Shown here one piece after another: positions 17,690 to 27,716 of a stretch of DNA of 64,000 bases. The position numbers and the translations under genes are program-made. The notes under the pieces are model-generated. The model was not told where the DNA came from, did no database searches, and was given only the letters and a program-made list of their open reading frames with translations. The stretch lies in contig CAVRAL010000004.1 of NCBI GenBank assembly GCA_963719085.1, positions 256,001 to 320,000 on the forward strand, written 5' to 3'. The number at the start of each line of letters is the position of its first letter. Position 1 is the first letter of the stretch. Source of the DNA: a candidate division FCPU426 bacterium (lineage in GTDB: Bacteria; Oederibacteriota; Muellerivitia; Muellerivitales; Muellerivitaceae).

Positions 17690-17899
17690 TCATTGGAGCT
17701 TTCTTCTTTCCCTTGCATGAAGCTTCGCATGTTCACTTCTGCTCATATTGACGAGATTGCTTTCTCTGAAGTTTTTTGGATTCCCATCTATATGATGCGT
17801 GACTTGACCTTTTTTGGGTTGGGCTACAGTTCTATGAACCAATTTTCCGCTATCATTCCAGACAGGATAACCTTTTGGATTGTAATGAAACCTTCCCAT
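17690..17899 (-). CDS. Small HNH endonuclease-domain protein
   Basis: VHR...THHIDGNPKNFRESNL...EHAKLH; AAGGAG RBS. Confidence 0.8.
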   Translation of the reverse strand: MGRFHYNPKGYPVWNDSGKLVHRTVAQPKKGQVTHHIDGNPKNFRESNLVNMSRSEHAKLHARERRKLQ

Positions 17900-17927
17900 A
17901 GCTTACTCCTTTCAATGTGAACTTCGC

Positions 17928-18275
17928 TTACGCGCTCAACCTTACGTGAAAAAGCCAGACATCGACGATCATGTGAAACTCATATTCTTCCAGAGGCATC
18001 CCGTGTCTGAGTTTGGTGGCGATTCGACGGCCAAAATCGGCTTGCTCTCCCTTTGCCTCCGGTGAGGGCTCAACTATCTCGAGGGCAAATTTCAACAAAT
18101 CCCCGGTCAACCGTTCATTACTAATCAGCTTCCTCTTGATTTGGCCACAGCGCCAGTTTCGGAGTTTGCGGGCCTCCTCTTTTTCAGGATTCCGGAACGC
18201 GCGGGCGAAACAATCTTCCATGAACAAATCTTCCGGCCAAACCAATTCAAACGGCTTCTTTGGCTCTTTTTTCAT
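17928..18275 (-). CDS. Hypothetical protein
   Basis: 115-aa ORF with GGGGAG RBS. Confidence 0.55.
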   Translation of the reverse strand: MKKEPKKPFELVWPEDLFMEDCFARAFRNPEKEEARKLRNWRCGQIKRKLISNERLTGDLLKFALEIVEPSPEAKGEQADFGRRIATKLRHGMPLEEYEFHMIVDVWLFHVRLSA

Positions 18276-18725
18276 AGGCTCCCCCTTTCAGGTTTTAAGA
18301 ATATTTAAACCCCAGAGACGAAAAGGACAAGAAAAGTATTGGTTTGAAGTTATCAATAATGCGCTGAGTGACACAAAACGAGGTTTTGTTTACATGACCG
18401 TAACATTAGGGGTTATGCCGAAGATCGCCCAAGATTGCCGAGGCCAGGTGAAGGCTTTCCTAAAGAAAAATTTATTTTTCTGACGCTTTTTTAGCGCCCT
18501 GAAATAAAAGAAGCTCGAGTTTCTTTTTACGCCTTTCTAAATCTTCTGGGGGCAAAGGAATAACCCGAACCTCAACTGGGAGTTTTTCTAATTCTTTCTT
18601 TTTCAAAACGACCTTTTCTTATTCGCAGCTTATCTTGAGAATTCCCATCTACTATTCCGTCTATATTAGATTATATGAGTTTGTATAAGATTAAAGATGA
18701 GGCAGGATGAGCCTCAAGGGGGAAA

Positions 18726-19073
18726 CTATTTTATTTCCCTTTGAAAATTCACGGTTGGAATTACATCGACTATGGTTTCTTCAGGAAGAAGTCCGTTTTT
18801 TAGAACACCTGAACTTTCCAAATAGGCATTTTTGTTGGGGCCATCATCGGGAATATCTAAACCGGCTTCAGAAGCCGCATAGGCAATAACAGCTTTAAGA
18901 TGTTCCGCCGTTAATTCAGGATAAGTTTTAAGAATGTTTTCGATGTTATCGCCCAAAGCCAGATGACCCAAAACAGATTTTAGAGTTACTTGGGTTCCTT
19001 TTATAACAGGAACGCCGTTTCGTATTTTCGTGTCACGGATAACGTAATCTTTAAAGTTCATATTTAATTCCAA
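18726..19073 (-). CDS. DUF433 domain protein (antitoxin-like)
   Basis: IRDTKIRNGVPVIKGT.VTL..VL..LA.G...E.IL..YPELT.E.LKAVIAYA pattern. Confidence 0.85.
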   Translation of the reverse strand: MELNMNFKDYVIRDTKIRNGVPVIKGTQVTLKSVLGHLALGDNIENILKTYPELTAEHLKAVIAYAASEAGLDIPDDGPNKNAYLESSGVLKNGLLPEETIVDVIPTVNFQREIK

Positions 19074-19214
19074 GTATCAAACATCGGTTTTTTTGTGTTG
19101 ATATTAGCGTAGCGTCTTTGTACATTTGGGTTGGAGGCTTTGCGGAGTGAAGTTTACTCTGCATTGCCTTTTTTATTTTCAGGCTATTTTGAAACTTAAA
19201 TTCTATTAAAAGAA

Positions 19215-19583
19215 TTACAAAATATTTTTAAAATCTTTTTTTAAGAAGGGCGATGCTTTTCCGCCACGTCTTAGCTTTTCTAACAATGCGTCAGAAATAT
19301 CATCTTCCTGCGTCGCTATATGCATTTGAATAGCTTCTTCAATTTTTTGGATATCCGAAAGTATGGCTTCCCTATAGTTAACCGCAGATTCTTTCCTGAT
19401 AAAAGGATGCTCACCGGAACGTAATACACACGAATGATCTCTGTCTTCGTCATTCTCTGTGATGTTTACAAGCAAAACCTTGCCGTTATCGTCGGGTTCG
19501 GTAATTGCAAAATACAAGTGAGGTGGATTTTGCGGCCAACTTGGGTTTTTAAGGAGAACAGCGCTTTTGATTTGAATTGGCAT
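19215..19583 (-). CDS. Putative toxin, PemK/MazF-like fold
   Basis: HLYFAI...LLVNIT...HPFIRKESAVNY; immediately downstream of a Panacea antitoxin. Confidence 0.55.
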   Translation of the reverse strand: MPIQIKSAVLLKNPSWPQNPPHLYFAITEPDDNGKVLLVNITENDEDRDHSCVLRSGEHPFIRKESAVNYREAILSDIQKIEEAIQMHIATQEDDISDALLEKLRRGGKASPFLKKDFKNIL

Positions 19584-19595
19584 GGTGAATGCCGT

Positions 19596-20141
19596 TTATG
19601 AGCCGAAAACTGTACTGGCAAAATGAAAGTCCGAAGTCTCTTGCGCAATCTTTTTAATCTCTTTCGGAGCTTTCCCAATAGTTGTCAATAATGCTTCAAA
19701 CGCAATAGGAAACGAAGAGCCGTTCGGGTCTTCCCATTCTTTTGTGTGAGTATGGCAATAGTCGATCATTTGCCCGAAGGAATGCTTTTTAAACTTTTTA
19801 TCGATTTCATTCAAAATCTTTTCTTCGGCTTCGGAAAGTTCGCCGTCGCCTGGGTCTTGTATCAAAGCCACTTCGAAGCCCTGTTTCTTGATGGAAATCA
19901 TCCAATATTTATTCTCGGATTTCCCTTTCAGCCAGTCATAAACTTCGCTCAAAACAGGACCGTTATCCATCGATACATAACTTCCACCAATAATGGGACG
20001 ATTCCATTTCTTTAAAGCTTCACGATCAGAAAGATACATAAGCTTAATCATTTTTGTGTAATTAAGACGCTTGCCATTACTTTTAATAAAGTAGGCTGCC
20101 ACCTGCGTGGCTTTGAGTGGATTTAATTGAAAAGCGATCAT
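19596..20141 (-). CDS. Panacea/SocA (DUF4065) antitoxin
   Basis: KMIKLMYLSDR...YVSMDNGPVLSEVYD...YCH...EW motifs; AGGAG RBS. Confidence 0.85.
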   Translation of the reverse strand: MIAFQLNPLKATQVAAYFIKSNGKRLNYTKMIKLMYLSDREALKKWNRPIIGGSYVSMDNGPVLSEVYDWLKGKSENKYWMISIKKQGFEVALIQDPGDGELSEAEEKILNEIDKKFKKHSFGQMIDYCHTHTKEWEDPNGSSFPIAFEALLTTIGKAPKEIKKIAQETSDFHFASTVFGS

Positions 20142-20243
20142 GGGTTACTCCTGCGACTTAGTATATCTATCTCTAACGATAGACACTTAAATTTTCAATA
20201 GGACAGCCGAATTACGGTTATTTTTAACTAAAAAATCAAATAG

Positions 20244-20540
20244 TGGTGGGGCATCCTGGATTCGAACCAGGGACCAAGGCATTCAGGTTTGTGTCGTTTA
20301 CACGACTCCCCGGACTATCTCTTCACCCAAACATCAGGGTGTGGGACGCTTCTTCGCGGTCATTAAGGGGTCTTAACCCCTCCGCTAGTCTCTGCACCTT
20401 CCTCCGGTGTACCGGAAGCTTGGCTCAGGATTGCCTCTGTGAGGTTTCCCTGACTTCATCCCAATTCATCCAACAGCTTTCGCCATTGGTGCACAGCTTT
20501 TGCTATGAGTGCCCTGCTCTAACCGCTGAGCTAATGCCCC
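20244..20540 (-). tRNA. tRNA-Ile(CAU) (lysidine type; Met not fully excluded), intron-containing; exons 20540-20505 and 20283-20244
   Basis: Spliced 76-mer GGGGCATTAGCTCAGCGGTTAGAGCAGGGCACTCAT^AATGCCTTGGTCCCTGGTTCGAATCCAGGATGCCCCACCA folds as a cloverleaf with encoded CCA and resembles ileX-type tRNAs. Confidence 0.92.
20284..20504 (-). ncRNA. Group I self-splicing intron (IC3-like, 221 nt)
   Basis: Inserted after the U of CAU and ends in G. P1 CAUAGC-AAAA-GCUGUG with U.G wobble; P3 UGGGAUG/CGUCCCA; Q-like AAUCCUGAGCCAAG; R GCAGAGACUAG; S GAAGAGAUAGUCC. Confidence 0.92.
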
Positions 20541-20898
20541 TCTAAATCGTCCGTCATTTTACGTTAGATTCACCAAAACACAACAAATCAACGAATGACA
20601 TGGATATGACACTAACCCATTTTTTGATCGTGGCACTTTTGATGGTCTGCTCTCAAATCCAAGTTTTTCCTTAGATCAGGGCAGTAAAAGTGTCCTGCTC
20701 TCGCCGTGTCTTATTCGTGTCATTCGTAGTGCTGTTTTACCGCCCTTTACCGCCACTGACTGTCTTTGACCATGCTTTCAAAAAAAGACCCTTGCCCGCA
20801 ACCTCTCTAAAAGCGTTACGGGCAAAGGCATTCAAAACGTGCTGGGGACAGTTAAATTTTTACTGCACGGACTTTCCGACTCCAAAAAGCCTTGAAAA

Positions 20899-20938
20899 CA
20901 TTATGAGTGCCCTGCTCTAACCGCTGAGCTAATGCCCC
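20899..20938 (-). repeat. Duplicated tRNA-Ile 5' half (att-like), intron-less junction
   Basis: 20902-20938 is identical to 20504-20540 (37 bp). It continues CAT-AATG as in the spliced tRNA and then diverges. Confidence 0.9.
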
Positions 20939-21121
20939 GAGGGTCAACAAAAAATCTAATAGAGACCTCGGGGTAATCCCCGAATGGGATGCCCCGATTT
21001 ACTTTACGCTTTTGGGGTAATCCCCTCTTAGGAGGGTGCCCCGGTTTTATTGGGTTCCCCACATGGGGTCGCCCCAAAGACGGTCATTTTACGTTAGCCC
21101 GGGGATACCGTCCAACCTTAA

Positions 21122-22357
21122 CTATCTTACGAGCTTCTTCACCCAGGCGATCAATGCCGCCAACGCACAACCCGAAGCCACGGCCACGGTCAGGTTTACA
21201 AACAAGGTCAGCAAAAGAGTAGTCAAAAGAACCAATGCGTTTACGCGGCTGCCCTTGAGTTCTTTCCAAACCGTTTCCCATTCGAACATGTGAAAACACA
21301 CAACCACCAAGATTCCCGCGAGAACCGCCAAGGGCACACGCGCCGCCAATGGACCGGCCGCCAAAAGCACCAATAAAACAACCAAGGCATGAATCATTCC
21401 CGCCACGGGCGTCCTTCCACCATTGCGGACATTGGTGGCGGTCCGGGCAATGGCACCGGTGGAAGGTATGCCGCCGAACAACGCCGAGGCCGTGTTCGAC
21501 AGGCCTTGGGCGACCAATTCTAAGTTCGACTTATGGTGCCCATCAATGAGGTGGTCCGCCACCACCGCGCAGAGCAAGGATTCAATGGCGCCCAAGGCCG
21601 CGATCAAAAAAGCCGAAGGCAAAAGTTGGAGCGCTTGCGCGCCGGTCAGGGCCAGCCAATGAAAGGGGGGAAATCCGCCCGGAATCCCGCCAAAACGGGA
21701 ACCAATCGTTTCCACGGGAAATTGTCCCACGCCCGCCGCGAGGGACGCCGCCACCAGCGCCATCAAGGACCCGGGCACCTTCCATCCGCGGGGCCAAACC
21801 AAAAGGCAAACCGAGGTGAATAAACCAATGCCCAAGGCATAGGGATTCAGGTTAGGAATTGACTTCATGCAGGCGACCCACCTGGAAAGAAAATCCGCCG
21901 GCAAGGAATTAATCGGGAGCCCCAGCCAATCTTTGATTTGGGTGCTGAAGATGACGACGGCGATGCCGGCGGTGAACCCGGTGACAACCGCGGGCGGGAT
22001 GGATTTCACGAATCCGCCCAACCGCGAAAGACCCAAAACGATCAGGATGATCCCCGCCATGGCTGTGGCCAAGGCCAGTCCCTCGTAGCCATAGCGGGTT
22101 ACCACACCGGCGACGATAACGATGAAAGCGCCCGTGGGACCGCCGATCGTGACCCGGCTGCCGCTCAAGGCGGACAAAAGAAACCCCGCGACGACCGCCG
22201 TATAGAGGCCCCGCTCCGGCGGAAGGCCGCAGGCGATGGAAAAGGCCATGGCCAACGGAATCGCCACCAACCCCACGACCAGTCCGGCGCCTGCGTCAGC
22301 GTGGAATTGTTTCCAGGAATAATCCCTCAAACAAACTACCGACTTCGGCACGAACAT
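21122..22357 (-). CDS. SulP/SLC26 family anion permease lacking a STAS domain
   Basis: DAGAGLVVGLVAIPLAMAF, GGPTGAF and GAIARTATN motifs; ends directly after the TM domain. Confidence 0.9.
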   Translation of the reverse strand: MFVPKSVVCLRDYSWKQFHADAGAGLVVGLVAIPLAMAFSIACGLPPERGLYTAVVAGFLLSALSGSRVTIGGPTGAFIVIVAGVVTRYGYEGLALATAMAGIILIVLGLSRLGGFVKSIPPAVVTGFTAGIAVVIFSTQIKDWLGLPINSLPADFLSRWVACMKSIPNLNPYALGIGLFTSVCLLVWPRGWKVPGSLMALVAASLAAGVGQFPVETIGSRFGGIPGGFPPFHWLALTGAQALQLLPSAFLIAALGAIESLLCAVVADHLIDGHHKSNLELVAQGLSNTASALFGGIPSTGAIARTATNVRNGGRTPVAGMIHALVVLLVLLAAGPLAARVPLAVLAGILVVVCFHMFEWETVWKELKGSRVNALVLLTTLLLTLFVNLTVAVASGCALAALIAWVKKLVR

Positions 22358-22387
22358 AGCGCGTCCTTATCCATTCACCTTGGGGGG

Positions 22388-22990
22388 TTAGAGACCGTCG
22401 GGTAATTCCCTGATTTTTTCCCGTAGGATTCCCAAAGTAAACCCCTGCGCTTCCCGGAAAACCGGATCTTCCGACCTTAAGAGCATAGCCTTCCGCCGCT
22501 TTAAATCCTTCGATTCGCCCTCTAAATCTTGGGCATATCCGAAATCAGCGCCGACAAAAGCATCCCAGAGGGTTTCTTTGAGCGCGGCGGCCTGCCCATG
22601 CTTACGGGAGAAATCAAGGAATGTCTGGAGAGCTTCTAAAAAAACTCCGGGATGGTCGACCATCGCGTCCCCCAAAGCCCGCAAGACGTCTTGTTCCGTC
22701 CCGCCTTTTAAGAGTGGGATCAAACGAAATCCTATCTCCACGGCTTCTTCGTTTCCCGCTTCAACCCCGCGAAAAAACCTGGGAGATACTTCCGGTTGTG
22801 AAGGCTGGATATCTGTTTTTGAGGGCTGGTCCGACAGAAAGGTCAAATCCCTTTGCTCCAATTCCTGAAGACAGGCGGCGCCCATGGGCTTTCCCGCCAT
22901 CCAAAGCGCGCAAGAATCCTCTGCGGCCCCGAGAAAACCGGCTTGCGCGAAGATCAGGAGACTCAAAAATAACCGGGCGGAAAGAACCAT
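22388..22990 (-). CDS. Hypothetical exported protein
   Basis: Signal-peptide-like N-terminus; lies between arsR-like and sulP-like genes. Confidence 0.6.
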   Translation of the reverse strand: MVLSARLFLSLLIFAQAGFLGAAEDSCALWMAGKPMGAACLQELEQRDLTFLSDQPSKTDIQPSQPEVSPRFFRGVEAGNEEAVEIGFRLIPLLKGGTEQDVLRALGDAMVDHPGVFLEALQTFLDFSRKHGQAAALKETLWDAFVGADFGYAQDLEGESKDLKRRKAMLLRSEDPVFREAQGFTLGILREKIRELPDGL

Positions 22991-22999
22991 GGGGATGCC

Positions 23000-23332
23000 T
23001 CAACCCTCACCCAAGTGGCTGAGAACTTCCTGGCTTTCTTTCAATTTCTTCTTCAAAAACAGGGAGATCGGCCTTAACACGTCGAAAATGCCTTTGTCGC
23101 GGATGGAGTAATAAACGGTGACCTTCACTTGGCGCGAGTTCAGGATGCCCGCTTGTTTGAGGATGGCTAGGTGTTTGGAAAGACTGGATTGCTCCACTTC
23201 CAATGATTTGACCATCTTCCCCACCGAATCCTCGCGGGACTTCAAATGCTCAATGATCTTAAGCCGCGCGGGATGAGAAAGGGCCCGAAGAAAATCAGCT
23301 TTAATCTTAAAAACAAAATCCAGCTCAACCAT
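23000..23332 (-). CDS. ArsR/SmtB family transcriptional regulator
   Basis: RALSHPARLKII...QSSLSKHLAILK..GIL...VYYS. Confidence 0.92.
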   Translation of the reverse strand: MVELDFVFKIKADFLRALSHPARLKIIEHLKSREDSVGKMVKSLEVEQSSLSKHLAILKQAGILNSRQVKVTVYYSIRDKGIFDVLRPISLFLKKKLKESQEVLSHLGEG

Positions 23333-23473
23333 GCGCCACCCCTTTGAGCTTTAACTATATTCCAATATGTTCATATAGTAAACAATCTTACTCGACTTAA
23401 ATTAATCGGCCAGGATAGCTTTTTGAGATTTCCGACGGGAGGGTTTTCGCGTCTGGTTTCGCGGCGGGATTTC

Positions 23474-23977
23474 TTACTTCTTTTTGCCGAACCAAGTGGC
23501 TTTGGGCTTGGTCAAATAACCCATCACTTTCACCAAATTCCGCTTCAAAGCCTCGGGGCTTTTGAGATGGTTCAAATAGCGGTTCAATTCTTTTTGGTGC
23601 GAGGGACTGAACCGCCCGAAAGCGGCCTTGGCCTTGGGGGATTTTTTTAATGCCTTCGCCAAAGCCGGATTCATCGGCTCCACGCGGGGCGCCTTATCCA
23701 CCGCCAATACCACCTTCACCCGATCGCCCAAATCCTTCCCGATCGTCTTTCGCATGACTCCATGTAAATAAAGCCGGTGATGGGTACCGGGCTTGGCTTG
23801 GGTCCGTTTCGGACCCAGCGGCATGAGGTTGGCTTTGAAAGACTTGCCTTCCAAAAGAATCCGGACCGGCACGACCCCGCCGGTAGATCCCAACGTTTGG
23901 GCGGCACCCAAAGGCGGATCGACGTAAGGATTGATTCCTTCTTTTTTGATGATTGACTGAAACGAAACTTTTTTCAC
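23474..23977 (-). CDS. DUF1905 + YdeI/OmpD-associated domain protein
   Basis: VPVRI...GDRVKV and ALKKSPKAKAAFGRFSPSHQKE patterns. Confidence 0.75.
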   Translation of the reverse strand: MKKVSFQSIIKKEGINPYVDPPLGAAQTLGSTGGVVPVRILLEGKSFKANLMPLGPKRTQAKPGTHHRLYLHGVMRKTIGKDLGDRVKVVLAVDKAPRVEPMNPALAKALKKSPKAKAAFGRFSPSHQKELNRYLNHLKSPEALKRNLVKVMGYLTKPKATWFGKKK

Positions 23978-23995
23978 GCGTATTCCTTAAACAAA

Positions 23996-24021
23996 AAAAG
24001 CCGGCCCGAAGGCCGGCTTTT
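23996..24021 (-). terminator. Intrinsic terminator after rpoD
   Basis: AAAAGCCGGCC-CGAA-GGCCGGCTTTT. Confidence 0.85.
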
Positions 24022-24032
24022 GGTTTTACGAC

Positions 24033-25841
24033 CTAATCTAAATAGCCCTTCAGCTTGCGGCTCCTGGAGGGGTGCCGTAATTTACGCAAAGCCTTCGCCT
24101 CAATCTGCCGGACGCGCTCACGGGTGACCTTGAAGGTGTTACCGACTTCTTCCAAGGTATGCGGGTAGCCGTCGTTCAAACCGAAGCGCAGACGCAGGAC
24201 TTCCGCTTCCCGGTCCTTGAGGCTTCCCAGGACCTTGGAAATCTGCTCCTGCAAAAGAACAAAGGCCGCTGCGTTGGCGGGGCTGACGACATCCTTATCC
24301 TCGATGAAGTCGCCCAAGTGGCTGTCTTTTTCCTCGCCGATCGGGGTCTCAAGCGAAATGGGTTCTTGCGCGATTTTCAAAATGGCGCGCACCTTCTCCA
24401 CCGGCATTTCCAAACGCTCGGCGATTTCATCGGCCAAAGGTTCCCGACCCAATTCCTGGACCAAATCCCTCGACACCTTAATTGACTTATTAATGGTCTC
24501 AATCATATGCACGGGAATACGGATGGTGCGGGCCTGGTCGGCGATCGCGCGGGTGATGGCTTGGCGGATCCACCAGGTGGCATAGGTGGAGAACTTATAA
24601 CCCCGGCGGTACTCGAACTTCTCCACCGCGCGCATCAAACCAATGTTTCCTTCCTGGATCAAATCCAGGAACGGCAGGCCGCGGTTGGTGTATTTCTTGG
24701 CGATGGAAATGACCAAACGGAGGTTGGCTTCCACCAATTCCATGCGGGCGTAATAGGCTTCGCGCTCGCCCACCCGGATGCTTTTCATCATGACCTTCAT
24801 CTGGTCACGGGTGGCCATACCGTCTTTTTCCAGCTTTTTGATGTTGCGGCGGGCGTCTTCCCAGTGGGCGCAGATTTTGTGGAATTCATCGCCCTTAAGC
24901 GCGCTTTTCTTTTCCAATTGCTTCAAATCCGCCGGGGTGGCGTGTTTGAGGAGGCTGGGCAATTTAATATAGGCTTCCGGGGTAAGCTTCATCAGCTTTT
25001 CCTGCACGTGCATGGCGTGTTCCTGCTCCTCAATCTTCTCGCCATGTTCCCGCAGGCTTTCAATGAGCCGTTCCTTGACCTTCTTTTGGAACTGGCAATC
25101 CTTCACCAGCCAAATGAGGTCGATCAGTTTGACGTCCAGCGCCTCGATTAAAGGCTTTTTCTTTTCCAGGCTCATCGACTTGAGGGCCACCTTGTGCTGG
25201 AGCGCCTTGATATGGCGTTCCATGACCTTGAGCTTGGCGTGGTTTTTGCGGATCTTGGCGTAGATGGCTTTTTCCGGAACCCCGCCCGGCAAATCGGCGT
25301 AGGGGTCCAGGTCGATGGTTTCTTGGAGGGTTTTCTTTTTCTTGATCACGTTGGTGAAAAGCTCGTGCAGGTTCTGGAAGCCCAGCGCGGATCCGAGGAC
25401 GGCCTTTTCCACCTTAAACTCGCCCGCCTCAATGCGTTTGGCGATCGAAATTTCTTCCTCGCGGGTCAAAAGCGAGATGCGGCCCATCTCGTGCAGATAC
25501 ATCTTGACCGGGTCGCCCATGCGGGTCTCGACGCCGGAGGTCTCGAAGGGCTTGTCGAATTCCTCGTCATCGTCATCATCGTCGTCTTTGGAGCCGGCGG
25601 CGGCGCCCACTTCTTTATCGTCGTCGGGAATCGCGGCGGCCTTTTCGTCCTGGTCCACGATCTTGATGTCGTTCTCGCCCAGCATCAAAAGGATATCGTC
25701 GATTTCTTCGGAGGAAACCACTTCGTCGGGCAGGATGTCATTGACCTGTTTGTAGGTGATGTATCCTTTTTCCTTACCGACTTCCAGGATCTTATTGACG
25801 TGATCGGACTTAGGTTTTCCCGCCGCTGGCTTCATGGCCAT
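24033..25841 (-). CDS. rpoD: RNA polymerase primary sigma factor RpoD
   Basis: [58 protein letters not shown]. Confidence 0.98.
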   Translation of the reverse strand: MAMKPAAGKPKSDHVNKILEVGKEKGYITYKQVNDILPDEVVSSEEIDDILLMLGENDIKIVDQDEKAAAIPDDDKEVGAAAGSKDDDDDDDEEFDKPFETSGVETRMGDPVKMYLHEMGRISLLTREEEISIAKRIEAGEFKVEKAVLGSALGFQNLHELFTNVIKKKKTLQETIDLDPYADLPGGVPEKAIYAKIRKNHAKLKVMERHIKALQHKVALKSMSLEKKKPLIEALDVKLIDLIWLVKDCQFQKKVKERLIESLREHGEKIEEQEHAMHVQEKLMKLTPEAYIKLPSLLKHATPADLKQLEKKSALKGDEFHKICAHWEDARRNIKKLEKDGMATRDQMKVMMKSIRVGEREAYYARMELVEANLRLVISIAKKYTNRGLPFLDLIQEGNIGLMRAVEKFEYRRGYKFSTYATWWIRQAITRAIADQARTIRIPVHMIETINKSIKVSRDLVQELGREPLADEIAERLEMPVEKVRAILKIAQEPISLETPIGEEKDSHLGDFIEDKDVVSPANAAAFVLLQEQISKVLGSLKDREAEVLRLRFGLNDGYPHTLEEVGNTFKVTRERVRQIEAKALRKLRHPSRSRKLKGYLD

Positions 25842-25852
25842 TTGTTCCTCTT

Positions 25853-27694
25853 TTAAGAGAATTGTTTTTTTAGCTCGCTCATTTGCCGAGCGAGAAGCAG
25901 CGCTTCTTCCTGTTGCCCCGCCTTCTCCGCCTCACCCTGCTTTTGCTTTAAAGTGTCCATCTCCCGCTTGAAATAGCGTTTTTTAACCTCGCCCGCGAAC
26001 TCCAGGATCATGGCTTCCCGTATCTGCCGCTCCTTCAGGTTGACCTCGTCCTCGCTCTTGTTTTTCCACAGGGCGGCGTCCTGCTTGCGCTTTTCCGCCC
26101 GGGCCTCGATGCGTATAAAAGACGATTCCAACTCGGGAACCGCGTTAAGCTCCGCGGGCTTTAGGTCGCCCGAACTGAGCTTCTCAAACAGATCCCGGAA
26201 CTTCGCGTTCGCGAAATGCTGGGGCGACAGTTCATTGGCCGCCCAGGGCACAAATTCCCCCCGCTCTTCCGTGAGCAGGGCCAAAAAGTCGCTTTCCACC
26301 TCGTCGCTTCCATCCGTCTTCTCTTTAGACGGAGCCGCCGGCTTATCCGGGTTCGGGGCCTGGGACCCTTCGGCCGTGAACCGGCGGGGGCCGCCCTTTT
26401 TACGGGCCGTATTCACCAGGGTCAGCAAGTCCCGGTTGTCCAGGGACAACTCGGACTCGATGGCCGCGCAAGCCGCCTGCACCGCCGCCTCATCCTCCAA
26501 TCCCGCCAGGACGGGGACAAATTCCTGGAGCGCGCGTATCAACTCTTCTTTTCGCGCTTCCGGCATCTTGGCTCTCAACGAAGACGCCCACCACCTGAAA
26601 AAGTCAGGGGCCTTCTCAATCAGCGCCGTCAGGTCTTCTTTTGGGTGCTTCTGTAAATACTCGTCCGGATCCTTGGCATCCGGAATGAGCAAAACCTTCA
26701 CTTGAAGGCCAGCCTGCATCAGGGGCTCGAAACCCCGCAAAACCGCCGCCTGCCCCGCCGCGTCCGCGTCGTAGGAAAAAACCACTTCTTTCGTGTAGCG
26801 TTTCAACAAGGGGCCGTGTTGGGTGGTTAAGGCCGTCCCCAAGGTCGCCACCGCGTTGTCAAAACCAAAAAGATGCAGGGCCAAAGCGTCGAAATAACCC
26901 TCAACGACTAGCACGAATCCCGCGCGGCGAATTCCTTCCCGGGCGGCGTTCAACAAATAAAGCGTCTCACCTTTTTTAAAGAGAAGGGTTTCTGGCGAAT
27001 TGAGGTACTTAGGACCGGGATCCTCACCCAAAGTCCTGCCGCCGAAGGCGATGATATTATCATAATTGTTAAAGACGGGAAAGATGAGGCGGTTCCGAAA
27101 TTTATCGTAATAAGTGTTTTTTTCCTCGTTATGAACCAGCAGTCCCGCCGCCAATAGTTCCTCTTGGGAGAACCCCTCTTTTTGAGCCGCGTTTTTTAAG
27201 AAATCCCAGCCCGGAGGGGCGAAACCAATCTTAAATTTTACGGCCATTTCCTTGGTAAAACCCCGGGCCTTGTAATAGTCCCGCGCGCTCTGGCCTTCGG
27301 CCGACAACAGTTTTTCGTGATAAAGCTTTCCGGCCAATTCATTCAAAGCGATCATGCGCTCGCGCTGGCGATCCCGGGCCAAATCCTGCGCGCTGTCCTG
27401 TTGGGTCGGCAAAGGGATTCCCGCTTTGCCCGCCAAATGCCGCAGGGCTTCGGGAAAGGGCATCTTTTCCATTTCCATGACGAAGGTGATGACATTGCCG
27501 CCCTTGCCGCAGCCGAAACAATGGAAGGTGTGCCGGGAGGGAGACACGATAAAGCTGGGCGACTTTTCGCTGTGGAAGGGGCAGAGGCCCTTGTAGCTGG
27601 ACCCGGCTTTTTTAAGGGACACGTATTCGCTTACTACGGACACAATGTCCGAGGAATCGCGCACACGCTGAATGATGTCGTCCGAATATTTCAT
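25853..27694 (-). CDS. dnaG: DNA primase
   Basis: [15 protein letters not shown] zinc domain, [21 protein letters not shown] toprim. Confidence 0.97.
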   Translation of the reverse strand: MKYSDDIIQRVRDSSDIVSVVSEYVSLKKAGSSYKGLCPFHSEKSPSFIVSPSRHTFHCFGCGKGGNVITFVMEMEKMPFPEALRHLAGKAGIPLPTQQDSAQDLARDRQRERMIALNELAGKLYHEKLLSAEGQSARDYYKARGFTKEMAVKFKIGFAPPGWDFLKNAAQKEGFSQEELLAAGLLVHNEEKNTYYDKFRNRLIFPVFNNYDNIIAFGGRTLGEDPGPKYLNSPETLLFKKGETLYLLNAAREGIRRAGFVLVVEGYFDALALHLFGFDNAVATLGTALTTQHGPLLKRYTKEVVFSYDADAAGQAAVLRGFEPLMQAGLQVKVLLIPDAKDPDEYLQKHPKEDLTALIEKAPDFFRWWASSLRAKMPEARKEELIRALQEFVPVLAGLEDEAAVQAACAAIESELSLDNRDLLTLVNTARKKGGPRRFTAEGSQAPNPDKPAAPSKEKTDGSDEVESDFLALLTEERGEFVPWAANELSPQHFANAKFRDLFEKLSSGDLKPAELNAVPELESSFIRIEARAEKRKQDAALWKNKSEDEVNLKERQIREAMILEFAGEVKKRYFKREMDTLKQKQGEAEKAGQQEEALLLARQMSELKKQFS

Positions 27695-27716
27695 GAAACC
27701 CTTTTAGAAAAAACTG

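Noticed and set aside
17690..17899. HNH gene as homing endonuclease of the tRNA intron
   Set aside because: It lies 2.4 kb away, is only 69 aa and has no visible DNA-recognition domain; nothing links it to the intron.
1..20243. Second att site (tRNA 3'-end duplicate) for the large island, or a prophage call
   Set aside because: No copy of the tRNA 3' end was spotted by eye, so it may lie left of the window; no phage structural or conjugation genes seen.
20243..20545. 100-aa plus-strand ORF
   Set aside because: It is the antisense reading of the tRNA and its intron.
20965..21080. CRISPR array
   Set aside because: Units are not identical, linkers are too short to be spacers, and there are no cas genes.
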